In this document: one piece after another, positions 50,631 to 59,340 of the stretch | Position numbering within the stretch: position 1 is the stretch's first letter | Layout: the number at the start of each line of letters is the position of its first letter | Assembly (NCBI GenBank): GCA_963774705.1 | Contig: CAVZFW010000010.1 | Span: 323,706-387,705 of the forward strand | Origin: an uncultured delta proteobacterium | GTDB lineage: Bacteria > Desulfobacterota > Binatia > Binatales > Binataceae | Length of the DNA: 64,000 bases | Direction of reading: 5' to 3' | Made by a program: the position numbers and the translations under genes | The notes under the pieces: model-generated | Database searches by the model: none | The model's input: only the letters and a program-made list of their open reading frames with translations | Told to the model about the DNA's origin: nothing

Positions 50631-51293
50631 CCGTGAACCTGCAATCACGATCTCCAACCAAACACGCGTGATTCCGCTCCGCACGCATCAGCCGGCTCAG
50701 CATCAGCGAGACCCGTCAATCCGCCCGCCCATGTTCCCCCGTGACGATCCCAAGCAATGGCTGGATGGCAAGACGCACCATTCTGACAATCCGTCCCTTC
50801 AGTGACGGTCGTCCCAGACGGTGCGTCGTCCCGAAGCCCTAAGGCACACTCCAAAAACTCGACTACCTCTCCCCTCTTTAGCGCGTGGCCTAACCTCGAG
50901 CAACGCACCTCTGTGAGCAGGTGACGCGGTCAAAGGCTTGACTTCGTATTGCGCTCGTGCCGCGATCCGAATTGTCGCGCATGTGACCAAACCGTCGATT
51001 ATGAGCGTTTCTAATGGATTGAAACCGGCTCCGTTGTCCGATGATTTCAGGTTGCCATTGCGCGGCGTTGCGTAATGCAGGCCAGTACGGGGTTTTGGCA
51101 TTTCGTGAAGCCGATGCGGAATCAAAAAACGACAGCTGCCACGGTGCGTACCCGTCGTCAAGAAATGCGCAGAGAGATTAACCGATCAAATTTAATCCAC
51201 AGGCTGTTGATGACTTGGACCGTGCCGAGCCGCGAAAAAAAATATTTTCGATCGCCATCCGTGGGGAACATTTCGGGCGCTGCGAAACTTTCG

Positions 51294-52592
51294 TTACGGC
51301 TCCAACCGCTCCATCATGCGCGGAAAAGGCACCGCCTCGCGTACGTGATGGGTGCCGCATATCCAGGTTACCGCCCGCTCGATTCCCATCCCGAAGCCGG
51401 CGTGAGGCACCGACCCGTAGCGGCGCAGATCCAGATACCAGTTGAACGGCTCCAGCGGCAGGCCGTGTTCGACAATGCGCTGCTTAAGGGTCTCGTAATC
51501 GTCCTCGCGCTGACCGCCTCCGATAATCTCGCCGTAACCCTCGGGCGCGAGCATATCGACGCACAGGGCAAGGTCGGGGCGGTCCGGGTCGTGCTTCATG
51601 TAGAACGGTTTCGAAGCCGCCGGATACCGATGAACCAGCACCGGCGTTGAGAAATCGGCCGAGAGCGCAGTCTCCTCGTCGGCGCCGAGGTCGTCGCCCC
51701 AATTGACCGCGAAACCCTTGCCGTTCAGCCGTTCGATCGCCTCATCGTAGGTGATCCGCGGATATGGTTTGCTGGTCGCGAGCTCGAGTTTGGCCGTATC
51801 GCGCTCGATCACCTTCAGATCCTCGCGCCGCCGGTCGAGCACCCGCGCGACGATATACGCGACGAAATCCTCCGCCAGTTGCATGTCTTCCTCGAGCGTG
51901 AAGTAAGCCACTTCGGGCTCGACCATCCAGAACTCGGTCAGATGGCGACGCGTCTTGGATTTCTCGGCGCGAAAGGTCGGGCCAAAGCAATAGACCTTGC
52001 CGAAAGCGAGCGCACCCGCCTCCGCGTATAGTTGTCCGCTCTGCGTGAGATAAGCCTTGCGCTCGCCGAAGTAATCGATCTCGAAGAGGTTGGTTGTGCC
52101 TTCGCAGCTCGTCGGCGTCAGGATCGGCGAATCGAACAGTACAAAACCGCGTTCGTGGAAAAAGTCACGGCAGGCAGCCTCGACTTCACTGCGGATTCGC
52201 AGGATCGCATGCTGCCGCGCCGACCGCACCCATAGATGGCGTAAATCGAGCAGGAAAGCGGGTCCGTGTTCCTTGGGCGTGATCGGATAGTCGATCGACG
52301 GTCCGCGAACCTCCAGGCGTGTAATCGTCAGCTCGCGTCCACCGGGCGCACGCTTATCCTCGCGCACGAGGCCGGTGACTTCGAGCGAGGTTTCCTGCCC
52401 GAGATGATCGGCCGCAGCGAAGGCCTCCGCCCCGAGATCATTGATCGACGCCACGCACTGGCATAGGCCCGTGCCATCGCGAATCAGCAGGAAGTGGACC
52501 TTGCCGCTCGACCGCCGGTTGTAGAGCCATCCCCGGAGCGTGACTTCCGCACCGATATGGTCGCCCAAATTTTCGATATAGACCCACGACAT
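51294..52592 (-). CDS. asnS: asparagine--tRNA ligase
   Basis: About 430-aa class IIb synthetase. [24 protein letters not shown] (AsnRS-type motif 2 region) and [15 protein letters not shown] motif 3. Confidence 0.8.
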   Translation of the reverse strand: MSWVYIENLGDHIGAEVTLRGWLYNRRSSGKVHFLLIRDGTGLCQCVASINDLGAEAFAAADHLGQETSLEVTGLVREDKRAPGGRELTITRLEVRGPSIDYPITPKEHGPAFLLDLRHLWVRSARQHAILRIRSEVEAACRDFFHERGFVLFDSPILTPTSCEGTTNLFEIDYFGERKAYLTQSGQLYAEAGALAFGKVYCFGPTFRAEKSKTRRHLTEFWMVEPEVAYFTLEEDMQLAEDFVAYIVARVLDRRREDLKVIERDTAKLELATSKPYPRITYDEAIERLNGKGFAVNWGDDLGADEETALSADFSTPVLVHRYPAASKPFYMKHDPDRPDLALCVDMLAPEGYGEIIGGGQREDDYETLKQRIVEHGLPLEPFNWYLDLRRYGSVPHAGFGMGIERAVTWICGTHHVREAVPFPRMMERLEP

Positions 52593-52660
52593 GAAAAGAG
52601 TTTAGGCGCTTGCGGTCGGATTATCGAGCCTGAACGCACCCGTGTAGGATAGAAGGTACG

Positions 52661-53248
52661 ATGATCGATGTGACGAAGATGGGATTGAACGGCCTCGACT
52701 ACGCGATCCTTGCGATCGTCGGCTTCGGTGCGCTGAGCGGATTGTCGCGCGGCGCGCTGCGGATGGCGACATCGATCCTGGCGCTGGTCGTCGGGATTTA
52801 TGCGGCGTCAACATACTATCTCCGAGCCGAAGCGCTTGCGCACAAGTACATCTCCACAAATCCCACCCTGAGTGCCGTGATCGGCTACGTCGCTGTCTTC
52901 CTTCTCGTCTATATAGCTATCGAGTACGTCGGTGGCCGCATTATCCGGCTTGCCCAGATAATCCACCTCAACTGGATCGACCGGCTCGTCGGGGGCGTGC
53001 TGGGCGCTTCGATCGGCGCGGTTCTCGCCGGATTGGCGGTAGTCGCGCTAACCGCCGTGTCGCCGCCGAATCCATCGCTGCTACGTGATTCGAAACTGGC
53101 GCCGCGCGTGCTCGGCTACAATCAGGTGTTGCTGGCCTACGTGCCGCCGGAGGTGAAGGCTACTTACGAACAGAAACGCGCGGAGCTGTATCACGTATGG
53201 ATTCTCAGAGACGAAGGCCCCAACCCTTCACCGTCACCGGCAAAGTAG
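52661..53248 (+). CDS. cvpA: CvpA family membrane protein
   Basis: LDYAILAIVGFGALSGLSRGALRMATSILALVVGIYAA plus further TM helices. Confidence 0.7.
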   Translation: MIDVTKMGLNGLDYAILAIVGFGALSGLSRGALRMATSILALVVGIYAASTYYLRAEALAHKYISTNPTLSAVIGYVAVFLLVYIAIEYVGGRIIRLAQIIHLNWIDRLVGGVLGASIGAVLAGLAVVALTAVSPPNPSLLRDSKLAPRVLGYNQVLLAYVPPEVKATYEQKRAELYHVWILRDEGPNPSPSPAK

Positions 53249-53289
53249 TCAGGGCCTTCGTAATTCCAGTGATTGCTTGAGCTGGCGGC

Positions 53290-53622
53290 TTACGCGATCG
53301 CGTTGTTGACCGCCTCGACGAGGTTCTTCTTCGGCACCGCGCCGATGATCTGCTGCTTGACCTCGCCGCCCTTGACGATCACGAGGTTCGGAATACCGCG
53401 TACGCCGAAGCGGGCCGGCACCTGCGGATTGTCGTCCACGTTGATCTTCACGACCTTGAGGCGGCCGTCATATTCCGTCGCCAGCTCATCTACCATAGGG
53501 GCGATCGCGCGGCACGGGGCGCACCACGGAGCCCAGAAATCGATCAGCACGGGAGTCGCGGACTTCATGACTTCCAGCTCGAAGCTCGCGTCCGTTACAT
53601 GAATAACTTTTTCGTTGGCCAT
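53290..53622 (-). CDS. trxA: thioredoxin
   Basis: ATG 53622 (MANEKVIHVTDASFELEV). VLIDFWAPWCAPCRAIAP (WCxPC), GIPNLVIVKGGE. Confidence 0.92.
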   Translation of the reverse strand: MANEKVIHVTDASFELEVMKSATPVLIDFWAPWCAPCRAIAPMVDELATEYDGRLKVVKINVDDNPQVPARFGVRGIPNLVIVKGGEVKQQIIGAVPKKNLVEAVNNAIA

Positions 53623-53961
53623 CGGAACCTCTCTTCTCTCCACGCTGCCGCTCCCCGGTGAGTGGGTCGCGTACCGAGCATCTGACACAGATTTAACTTA
53701 AGGACGCTGACCAATACAGTCAAGGCGAAATGGTGGCAGCGCGGTACCGGCGTTGCCTTGACAGCGGCGGCAGCCTCGTGTTCTACCACGGTCAGCATCG
53801 AGCGAGCGTTCGCCGAAGCAACGACAGGAAACGTGGGCGTTGACGCGACCCGCATAGGCACAGGTATCGTCGACGCTGAGGCGGAAGATTCGCCGCCACC
53901 GTGCCATTCGGCAGGCAACTCGCCGCGTGCTCGTTCAAACCGCAACTCAAGGAGTCCCGCG

Positions 53962-55047
53962 ATGAAAGCCGCAATTTTTCATGGGCCGAACCAGCCCCTT
54001 TCGATCGAAGACGTCGAGATCGACAAGCCGCGCGAGCGCGAGGTCCTGGTGCGCACCGTCGCCAGCGGCGTCTGCCATAGCGACCTTCATTTTGTCGATG
54101 GCTTCTACCCGTTTCCGGCGCCCGCGATTCTCGGCCATGAAGCCGCCGGCATCGTCGATTCGGTCGGCAGCGAAGTCACCTACGTCAAATCGGGCGACCA
54201 CGTAATCTGCTGCCTCTCGGTGTTCTGTGGCTATTGTGCGGATTGTATGTCGGGCCATCCGAATCGATGCACCAACAAAGCGGCCGTGCAGCGCGCCAAG
54301 GGCGACACACCGCGGCTCTCGCAAAAGGGCAAGATGATTCGCCAGTTCGCGGACCTCTCGACCTACGCGGAAAACATGCTCGTGCATGAGAACGCGCTGG
54401 TGAAAATCACCAACGAGATTCCGCTCGACCGCGCAGCGCTGATCGGCTGCGGCGTCACCACCGGCGTCGGTGCGGTGCTCAACACGGCGCGCATCGAACC
54501 GGGCTCGACGGTCGCGGTCTTCGGCTGCGGCGGTGTGGGCCTGTCGGCGATCCAGGGTGCGAGGATAGCGGGCGCACGGCAGATCATCGCGATCGATCAA
54601 TTCGAGAACAAGCTCGCGATGGGAAGGAATCTCGGCGCCACGCATACCGTCGATGCGTCGCATTCGGATGCGGTCGAAGCGATTCGCGAACTGACCGGCG
54701 GCGGCGTCGATTACGCCTTCGAGGCGGTCGGGATGAAGAAGCTCGCCGAGCAATGCTTTGAATGCATCAAGCCGGGCGGGACCGCGACTATCATCGGCAT
54801 GATTCCGGTCGGCCAGAAAGTCGAAATCGACGGTGCCAAGTTGCTCACCGAGCGTAAGATGCAGGGCAGCAACATGGGCTCGAACCGCTTCCGCGTGGAC
54901 ATGCCCCGCTACATCGATTTCTACCTGCAGGGACGGCTCAACCTAGACGACATGATCAGCAAGCGGGGTAAGCTCGAGGACGTTAATGACGCGTTTGTGG
55001 CGATGAAGAAAGGCGAGGTCGCGCGCACGGTGCTGATGTTCGAATAA
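53962..55047 (+). CDS. zinc-dependent alcohol dehydrogenase (class-III/mycothiol-dependent-formaldehyde-dehydrogenase-like), copy 1
   Basis: AAGGAG RBS before ATG 53962. GVCHSDLH, GHEAAG, structural-Zn Cys cluster CGYCADCMSGHPNRC, GCGGVGLSAIQGA Rossmann motif. Confidence 0.85.
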   Translation: MKAAIFHGPNQPLSIEDVEIDKPREREVLVRTVASGVCHSDLHFVDGFYPFPAPAILGHEAAGIVDSVGSEVTYVKSGDHVICCLSVFCGYCADCMSGHPNRCTNKAAVQRAKGDTPRLSQKGKMIRQFADLSTYAENMLVHENALVKITNEIPLDRAALIGCGVTTGVGAVLNTARIEPGSTVAVFGCGGVGLSAIQGARIAGARQIIAIDQFENKLAMGRNLGATHTVDASHSDAVEAIRELTGGGVDYAFEAVGMKKLAEQCFECIKPGGTATIIGMIPVGQKVEIDGAKLLTERKMQGSNMGSNRFRVDMPRYIDFYLQGRLNLDDMISKRGKLEDVNDAFVAMKKGEVARTVLMFE

Positions 55048-55136
55048 CTACTCATTCGGAAGATCGGAATACGCAGTTACGGATTGACCAATAGCCAGAA
55101 CTCAAGAAACACCGGAAGCCAAGGAAGTAAGACATC

Positions 55137-56222
55137 ATGAAGGCAGCCATTTTCCACGGACCCAAGCAGCCACTGACGATCGAACAGGTCGATATCGACG
55201 ATCCGCGCGACCATGAAGTTCTCCTGCGCACCGCGGCGACCGGCGTCTGCCATAGCGACCTCCATTTCGTGGACGGCTACTATCCGTTTCCAGCCCCGGC
55301 GATTCTCGGTCATGAGGCCGCCGGCGTCGTCGAGAAAGTCGGCAAGGCCGTGAGCTACCTGCAGCCGGGCGACCACGTGATTTCGTGCCCGTCGGTGTTT
55401 TGCGGCTTCTGCGAGGAGTGCATGACCGGCAACCTCCATCGCTGTTCGAATCGTCGCGCGACCCAACGACCCAAGGGCGACACGCCGCGGCTTTCGCAGG
55501 GCGGCAAGATGGTGCGGCAATTCTCGGACCTTTCGACCTACGCCGAGAAGATGCTCGTGCATGAGAACGCGCTGGTGAAAATCACCAAGGAGATTCCGCT
55601 CGATCGCGCTGCGCTGATCGGCTGCGGGGTTACAACGGGTGTGGGCGCCGCGCTCAATACTGCCAAGGTCGAGCCGGGCTCGACGGTCGCGGTGTTCGGC
55701 TGCGGCGGCGTCGGTCTCTCGGCGATTCAGGGTGCGAAGCTGGCAGGCGCGCGGCAAATAATCGCGGTCGATCAGTTCGAGAACAAGCTCGCGATGGCGA
55801 AGCACTTTGGCGCGACGCATACGGTGGACGCGTCACATGCCGACGCGGTCGAGGCGATCAACACGATGACCGGGGGCGGCGTCGATTACTCGTTCGAGGC
55901 GGTCGGCGTGGCCAAGCTGGCCGAGCAATGCTTCGATTGCATTAAGCCGGGCGGGACCGCGACGATTATCGGAATGATCCCGGTGGGACACAAGGTCGCG
56001 CTCGACGGGCCTAAGTTCCTCACCGAGCGCAAGATCCAGGGCACGATGATGGGGGGCAATCGCTTCCGTATCGACATGCCGCGCTACATCGATTTCTACC
56101 TGCAGGGACGGCTCAATCTTGATGACATGATCAGCAAGCGCGGCAAGATCGAAGACGTCAACGAGGCCTTCGCGTCGATGAAGAAGGGCGAGGTCGCCCG
56201 CACCGTACTGATGTTCGACTAG
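55137..56222 (+). CDS. zinc-dependent alcohol dehydrogenase, copy 2 (tandem paralog)
   Basis: Same length (361 aa) and colinear with copy 1, with identical long blocks such as GVCHSDLHFVDG.YPFPAPAILGHEAAG and MPRYIDFYLQGRLNLDDMISKRGK. Confidence 0.85.
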   Translation: MKAAIFHGPKQPLTIEQVDIDDPRDHEVLLRTAATGVCHSDLHFVDGYYPFPAPAILGHEAAGVVEKVGKAVSYLQPGDHVISCPSVFCGFCEECMTGNLHRCSNRRATQRPKGDTPRLSQGGKMVRQFSDLSTYAEKMLVHENALVKITKEIPLDRAALIGCGVTTGVGAALNTAKVEPGSTVAVFGCGGVGLSAIQGAKLAGARQIIAVDQFENKLAMAKHFGATHTVDASHADAVEAINTMTGGGVDYSFEAVGVAKLAEQCFDCIKPGGTATIIGMIPVGHKVALDGPKFLTERKIQGTMMGGNRFRIDMPRYIDFYLQGRLNLDDMISKRGKIEDVNEAFASMKKGEVARTVLMFD

Positions 56223-56259
56223 CTCAGCTCGACTTACGACTCATAAAGACAGAACAAAA

Positions 56260-56285
56260 GGGCCGGTCCTCGAAAGGACCGGCCC
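56260..56285. terminator. perfect GC-rich hairpin between convergent genes (bidirectional terminator)
   Basis: gggccggtcc-tcgaaa-ggaccggccc, flanked by aaaa on one side and ttatcgtt on the other. Confidence 0.7.
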
Positions 56286-56405
56286 TTATCGTTGGTCGAT
56301 CACTACTTGCGGCGCATGTTCATGCGAGCGCCTGTGCGTATGGTGCCCTTTTTCACCAGCGGTTGAAGTCCGTCCGCATTGATCTCATCGATGCCATAAG
56401 CGCGG

Positions 56406-57638
56406 TTAGTTGATGGCGCTGTCGCGACGGCGCATTAACGCGTCAACGTCGAACTTGAAGATCCGCGCCGCGTTGAGGCCGAGGATCTTCGCGCGCTGTT
56501 CTTCGTTAAGATGGCCCATCTGACGCTCGATCGATTCCGCCGAATGCGGCCACACGCCCTCATGATGCGGGTAGTCGTTGGCCCACATGAAGTTATCGAC
56601 CAGGTTGTACTTAACCGCGAGGTCGAGCCCGACGCGATCTTCCTGGAAGGTGGTCGCGCCGTTGCTGCGGAAGTATTCGCTCGGCATCTTCGGCAGTTTC
56701 GGAAAGGCCCACATGTGATGTTTGCGATACGCCTCGTCCATCGCGTCGAGCGCCCATGGCACCCAGCCGATGCCGCATTCGATGGCGGAGAAGCGAATCT
56801 TCGGATAGCGCTCGATCACGCCCGAGGCGCACAGATTGGCGATCGGCTCGATGGTCGGCGAGAGCGAATGCGAAACGTAGTTGATGACCGCGCCGCCGTC
56901 CTTGCGCGCCGCCCGCGGATCGCGGCCGGTCGAGATGTGAAAGGTGATCGGCAGGTCGTGATCCTGAATCGCCGCCCACATCGGATCGTAGATGTGCAGG
57001 TTGTAGTTGGGATGGCGGGCGTCGTAGTTGCCGAAGATCGGCTTGCACGGCAGCGTGAGTCCGCGATAGCCGAGTTTGGCGACGCGCTCGATCTCGGCGA
57101 GCGCCAGGTTGACGTCGGAGGTCATAATCGCGGCCATCGGGGACATGAAGCTGTTGTACTGGCCGAAGGTTTCCCACGCCCAGTCGTTGTAAACCTTGCA
57201 TTGCGCGGCGCCGAATTCGGCATCCTGCGTCGCCCACATCAGCAGGCCCTTGTTGGGGAAGATGATCTCGGCGTCGATGCCGTCGCGCGCATGATCGCGG
57301 ATGCGTTGTTGCGGATCGTAACCGGCCTTGTTGCGCTCGAGATCCTCGCCTTCGAACTTGAAGGCAAAGTCAGGCGCGCGCGACTTCTGCCAGCCTTCGG
57401 AGACCATCCACTTGACGCCATTCTCGTCGGTCTCGATGTGGGGCAGGCGCTTGCGATACTTCTCGTCCATCCGCTCGGCCCAGAGGCCGGACGGCTCGTT
57501 GCAGTGGCAATCGGTCGAGATCATCAGGTAGCGGTTTGGATCGCCGGGTCGGGCCGAGCGTTTCCAACCGTCGTGGCCGGGCGTTTCGAGGCGCCAGGAG
57601 TTATTGGGGTCAACAGTCGTATTGGTTTCCTCGATCAT
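56406..57638 (-). CDS. amidohydrolase_2 family protein, paralog A
   Basis: GGAGGA RBS. NSWRLETPGHDGWKR...YLMISTDCHCNEP...ANDYPHHEGVWPHS...LGLNAARIFKFDVD. Colinear with 62079-63329. Confidence 0.75.
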   Translation of the reverse strand: MIEETNTTVDPNNSWRLETPGHDGWKRSARPGDPNRYLMISTDCHCNEPSGLWAERMDEKYRKRLPHIETDENGVKWMVSEGWQKSRAPDFAFKFEGEDLERNKAGYDPQQRIRDHARDGIDAEIIFPNKGLLMWATQDAEFGAAQCKVYNDWAWETFGQYNSFMSPMAAIMTSDVNLALAEIERVAKLGYRGLTLPCKPIFGNYDARHPNYNLHIYDPMWAAIQDHDLPITFHISTGRDPRAARKDGGAVINYVSHSLSPTIEPIANLCASGVIERYPKIRFSAIECGIGWVPWALDAMDEAYRKHHMWAFPKLPKMPSEYFRSNGATTFQEDRVGLDLAVKYNLVDNFMWANDYPHHEGVWPHSAESIERQMGHLNEEQRAKILGLNAARIFKFDVDALMRRRDSAIN

Positions 57639-58140
57639 CGCTTCCTCCGTGAGCCGTGGTGATGCGTAGGATCCGGTTCAGGTGACAAAGCGAGAGTAAT
57701 GCGCCTCCAGATTCATGTAAAGCGAGCGAAAATTGGCTTTGTTATTTCGCGATTATCGAGGCTTTCATTGGGGAAAATTGGGTTCGTTCTGTTCCCGCCG
57801 CTTCGGATCGTGTTCCGGGTTCGACTTGTGGGGCTGGGCGGCTCTCAGAAAGAAGCAAAGCGAAGTTGATATTGAATCCAGGTAGCTGTGGAAACACGAT
57901 GTGCGCGCCTCGTTGCTTTGAGCGCTAACTCACAGTAGCACAAAGTTAAGGGTTCGTATTGTGGGTCGTGGAAGAGGTGGAATTGCCGGTCGAGGCACAA
58001 CCAGCCAGAACGAGCAAAGCAAACACGGCGATGCGGCGGGGCTTTGTTGGCTTAGTTCCACCAGAATTATCGACGATTTGTCATGAGCGCCGAAGAGTTG
58101 GACGGCAAACATTCTCAGTAGGGATCAACCAAGAACATTG

Positions 58141-58169
58141 GTATAAAGAGTCCGGATGGAAATCCGGAC
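58141..58169 (-). terminator. rho-independent terminator of the 59021->58261 two-gene unit
   Basis: On the minus strand: gtccggat-ttcc-atccggac followed by tctttatac. Confidence 0.65.
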
Positions 58170-58260
58170 ACCGCGGCAACCATCATGATTTCGAATCGAT
58201 CGCCGTGACGGTGTGCAGGCATACCGTTGACGATCGTGGTCTGCCGAGCGGGCCGGGGGG

Positions 58261-58527
58261 TTACATTGAGAAGATCTTGCGGACGGCGGCGGGCGCCAAC
58301 CAGGCGATGCCGAGGGCTTCGCAGGCGGAGCCGCCTAACATCATCAGTTGGCTGCTCGCGGCGGACTGCGGCGCACCGAAGGCACCGAGCAGCATCACGC
58401 CGGTGCCGCCGATGGCGAAGACCCACGGCACGATCGTAAAGCGCTTCCCGGATGCGCTTTGATCGAGGTAGGCGTCAACTCGCTCCGCTGAAAGTTCGTC
58501 ATGCGAGATCGGTTTTTTAAATAACAT
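58261..58527 (-). CDS. hypothetical small 2-TM membrane protein
   Basis: AGAGGA RBS 7 nt before ATG 58527. Sequence MLFKKPISHDELSAERVDAYLDQ..., then two hydrophobic stretches FTIVPWVFAIGGTGVMLLGAF and LMMLGGSACEALGIAWLAPAA. Confidence 0.45.
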   Translation of the reverse strand: MLFKKPISHDELSAERVDAYLDQSASGKRFTIVPWVFAIGGTGVMLLGAFGAPQSAASSQLMMLGGSACEALGIAWLAPAAVRKIFSM

Positions 58528-58595
58528 CGGCAATTCCTCTTTGGTGGTTGCTCAAATCAACAGTGGAAGCTAAACCGGGTCGGCAGCCTGACCGC

Positions 58596-59021
58596 TCAGG
58601 CCTTGATAAGCTCGTATCTGCGGGGGACTGTGAGCTGCAGAAATTGGCGAAACGAATCCAGGCCCGTTTTGCGAATCACTTCGCGATAGCCGGCCGGCGA
58701 TCCTTTCTTGACCGTCCAAAGCTGGCGGTCGAAATCGATAACGATCAGAGAGTCCCCGACGCGCAGATTGCCACGTGAACCGAAATGATTGAGGGAGAGG
58801 CCGAATTCGCTCGCGGCCTGATCCCAATAGACCCATGAGCGACGGGTATCGAGGCGCGGTTCGCGCGTCACCCGGACGATTTCGTCCGGATGAAGCGCAA
58901 GGTCATCGGCGAGTCTCTGCGCCAGGCGGGTAGCGTTTTCAACCTCGCCGGGCGTGGCGCCCCGCTCGCAGATGACCTGGCGAAGCAAAGCTGTCTTTCT
59001 CAGAGCGGCTTCACGGTTCAA
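58596..59021 (-). CDS. hypothetical protein with DUF2786-like N-terminal helix pair (phage/plasmid-associated motif)
   Basis: TTG start with GGAG 9 nt upstream. ALRKTALLRQVICERGATPGEVENATRLAQRLADDLAL resembles the DUF2786 pattern (K..KLLAL.....NEAE.A..KAQEL). The remainder is not recognised. Confidence 0.4.
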   Translation of the reverse strand: MNREAALRKTALLRQVICERGATPGEVENATRLAQRLADDLALHPDEIVRVTREPRLDTRRSWVYWDQAASEFGLSLNHFGSRGNLRVGDSLIVIDFDRQLWTVKKGSPAGYREVIRKTGLDSFRQFLQLTVPRRYELIKA

Positions 59022-59183
59022 TTTAGATACTCCCGATAGAATTGAGCACTTTTGCGCTAATATTTGTCTGTATGACTATGGTACGCATCTCTATGGTGAT
59101 AAGAGTTGCACAGCTGAAACAAAGTGTCAAGATAACATGACACTAATTTGCGTCCAAGCAACAACTAGCGAGATGACATAGAG

Positions 59184-59200
59184 CTTTTACGATGTAAAAG
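59184..59200. promoter_or_regulatory. perfect inverted repeat CTTTTAC-gat-GTAAAAG flanked by ACTAGCG direct repeats (59164-59170, 59201-59207) in the divergent AT-rich intergenic region
   Basis: Read directly. Candidate operator for the adjacent HTH protein. Confidence 0.4.
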
Positions 59201-59308
59201 ACTAGCGTAACTAGTCAAACAGCGATATGGCACAATTGTTGCGGCAATAGGCTCGATTGGGATGCACTCAAGGCGTCTGGGCGGGGCGGACGTCGTAGGG
59301 CATCCAAC

Positions 59309-59314
59309 TATAAT
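59309..59314 (+). promoter_or_regulatory. consensus -10 hexamer TATAAT about 27 nt upstream of ATG 59341
   Basis: catccaacTATAATagattgcaattGAGAGGGtcgcacacATG. No good -35 seen. Confidence 0.3.
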
Positions 59315-59340
59315 AGATTGCAATTGAGAGGGTCGCACAC

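Noticed and set aside
50799-51161. 120-aa minus-strand ORF in the 600-bp gap
   Set aside because: It has no RBS, a heterogeneous composition and no motif. I kept the region as an open question in the findings rather than annotating it as a gene.
56511-57662. 383-aa plus-strand ORF (and the analogous 62550-63494, 314 aa)
   Set aside because: They are antisense shadows of the two amidohydrolase_2 paralogs, with typical high-GC mirror ORFs and Arg/Val/Gly-rich composition.
57815-57840. ccgggttcgacttgtgggg, a possible tRNA 3' fragment or att site next to the islet
   Set aside because: The T-stem halves are not complementary, and there is no CCA-proximal acceptor pairing and no direct repeat of it on the other side of the islet.
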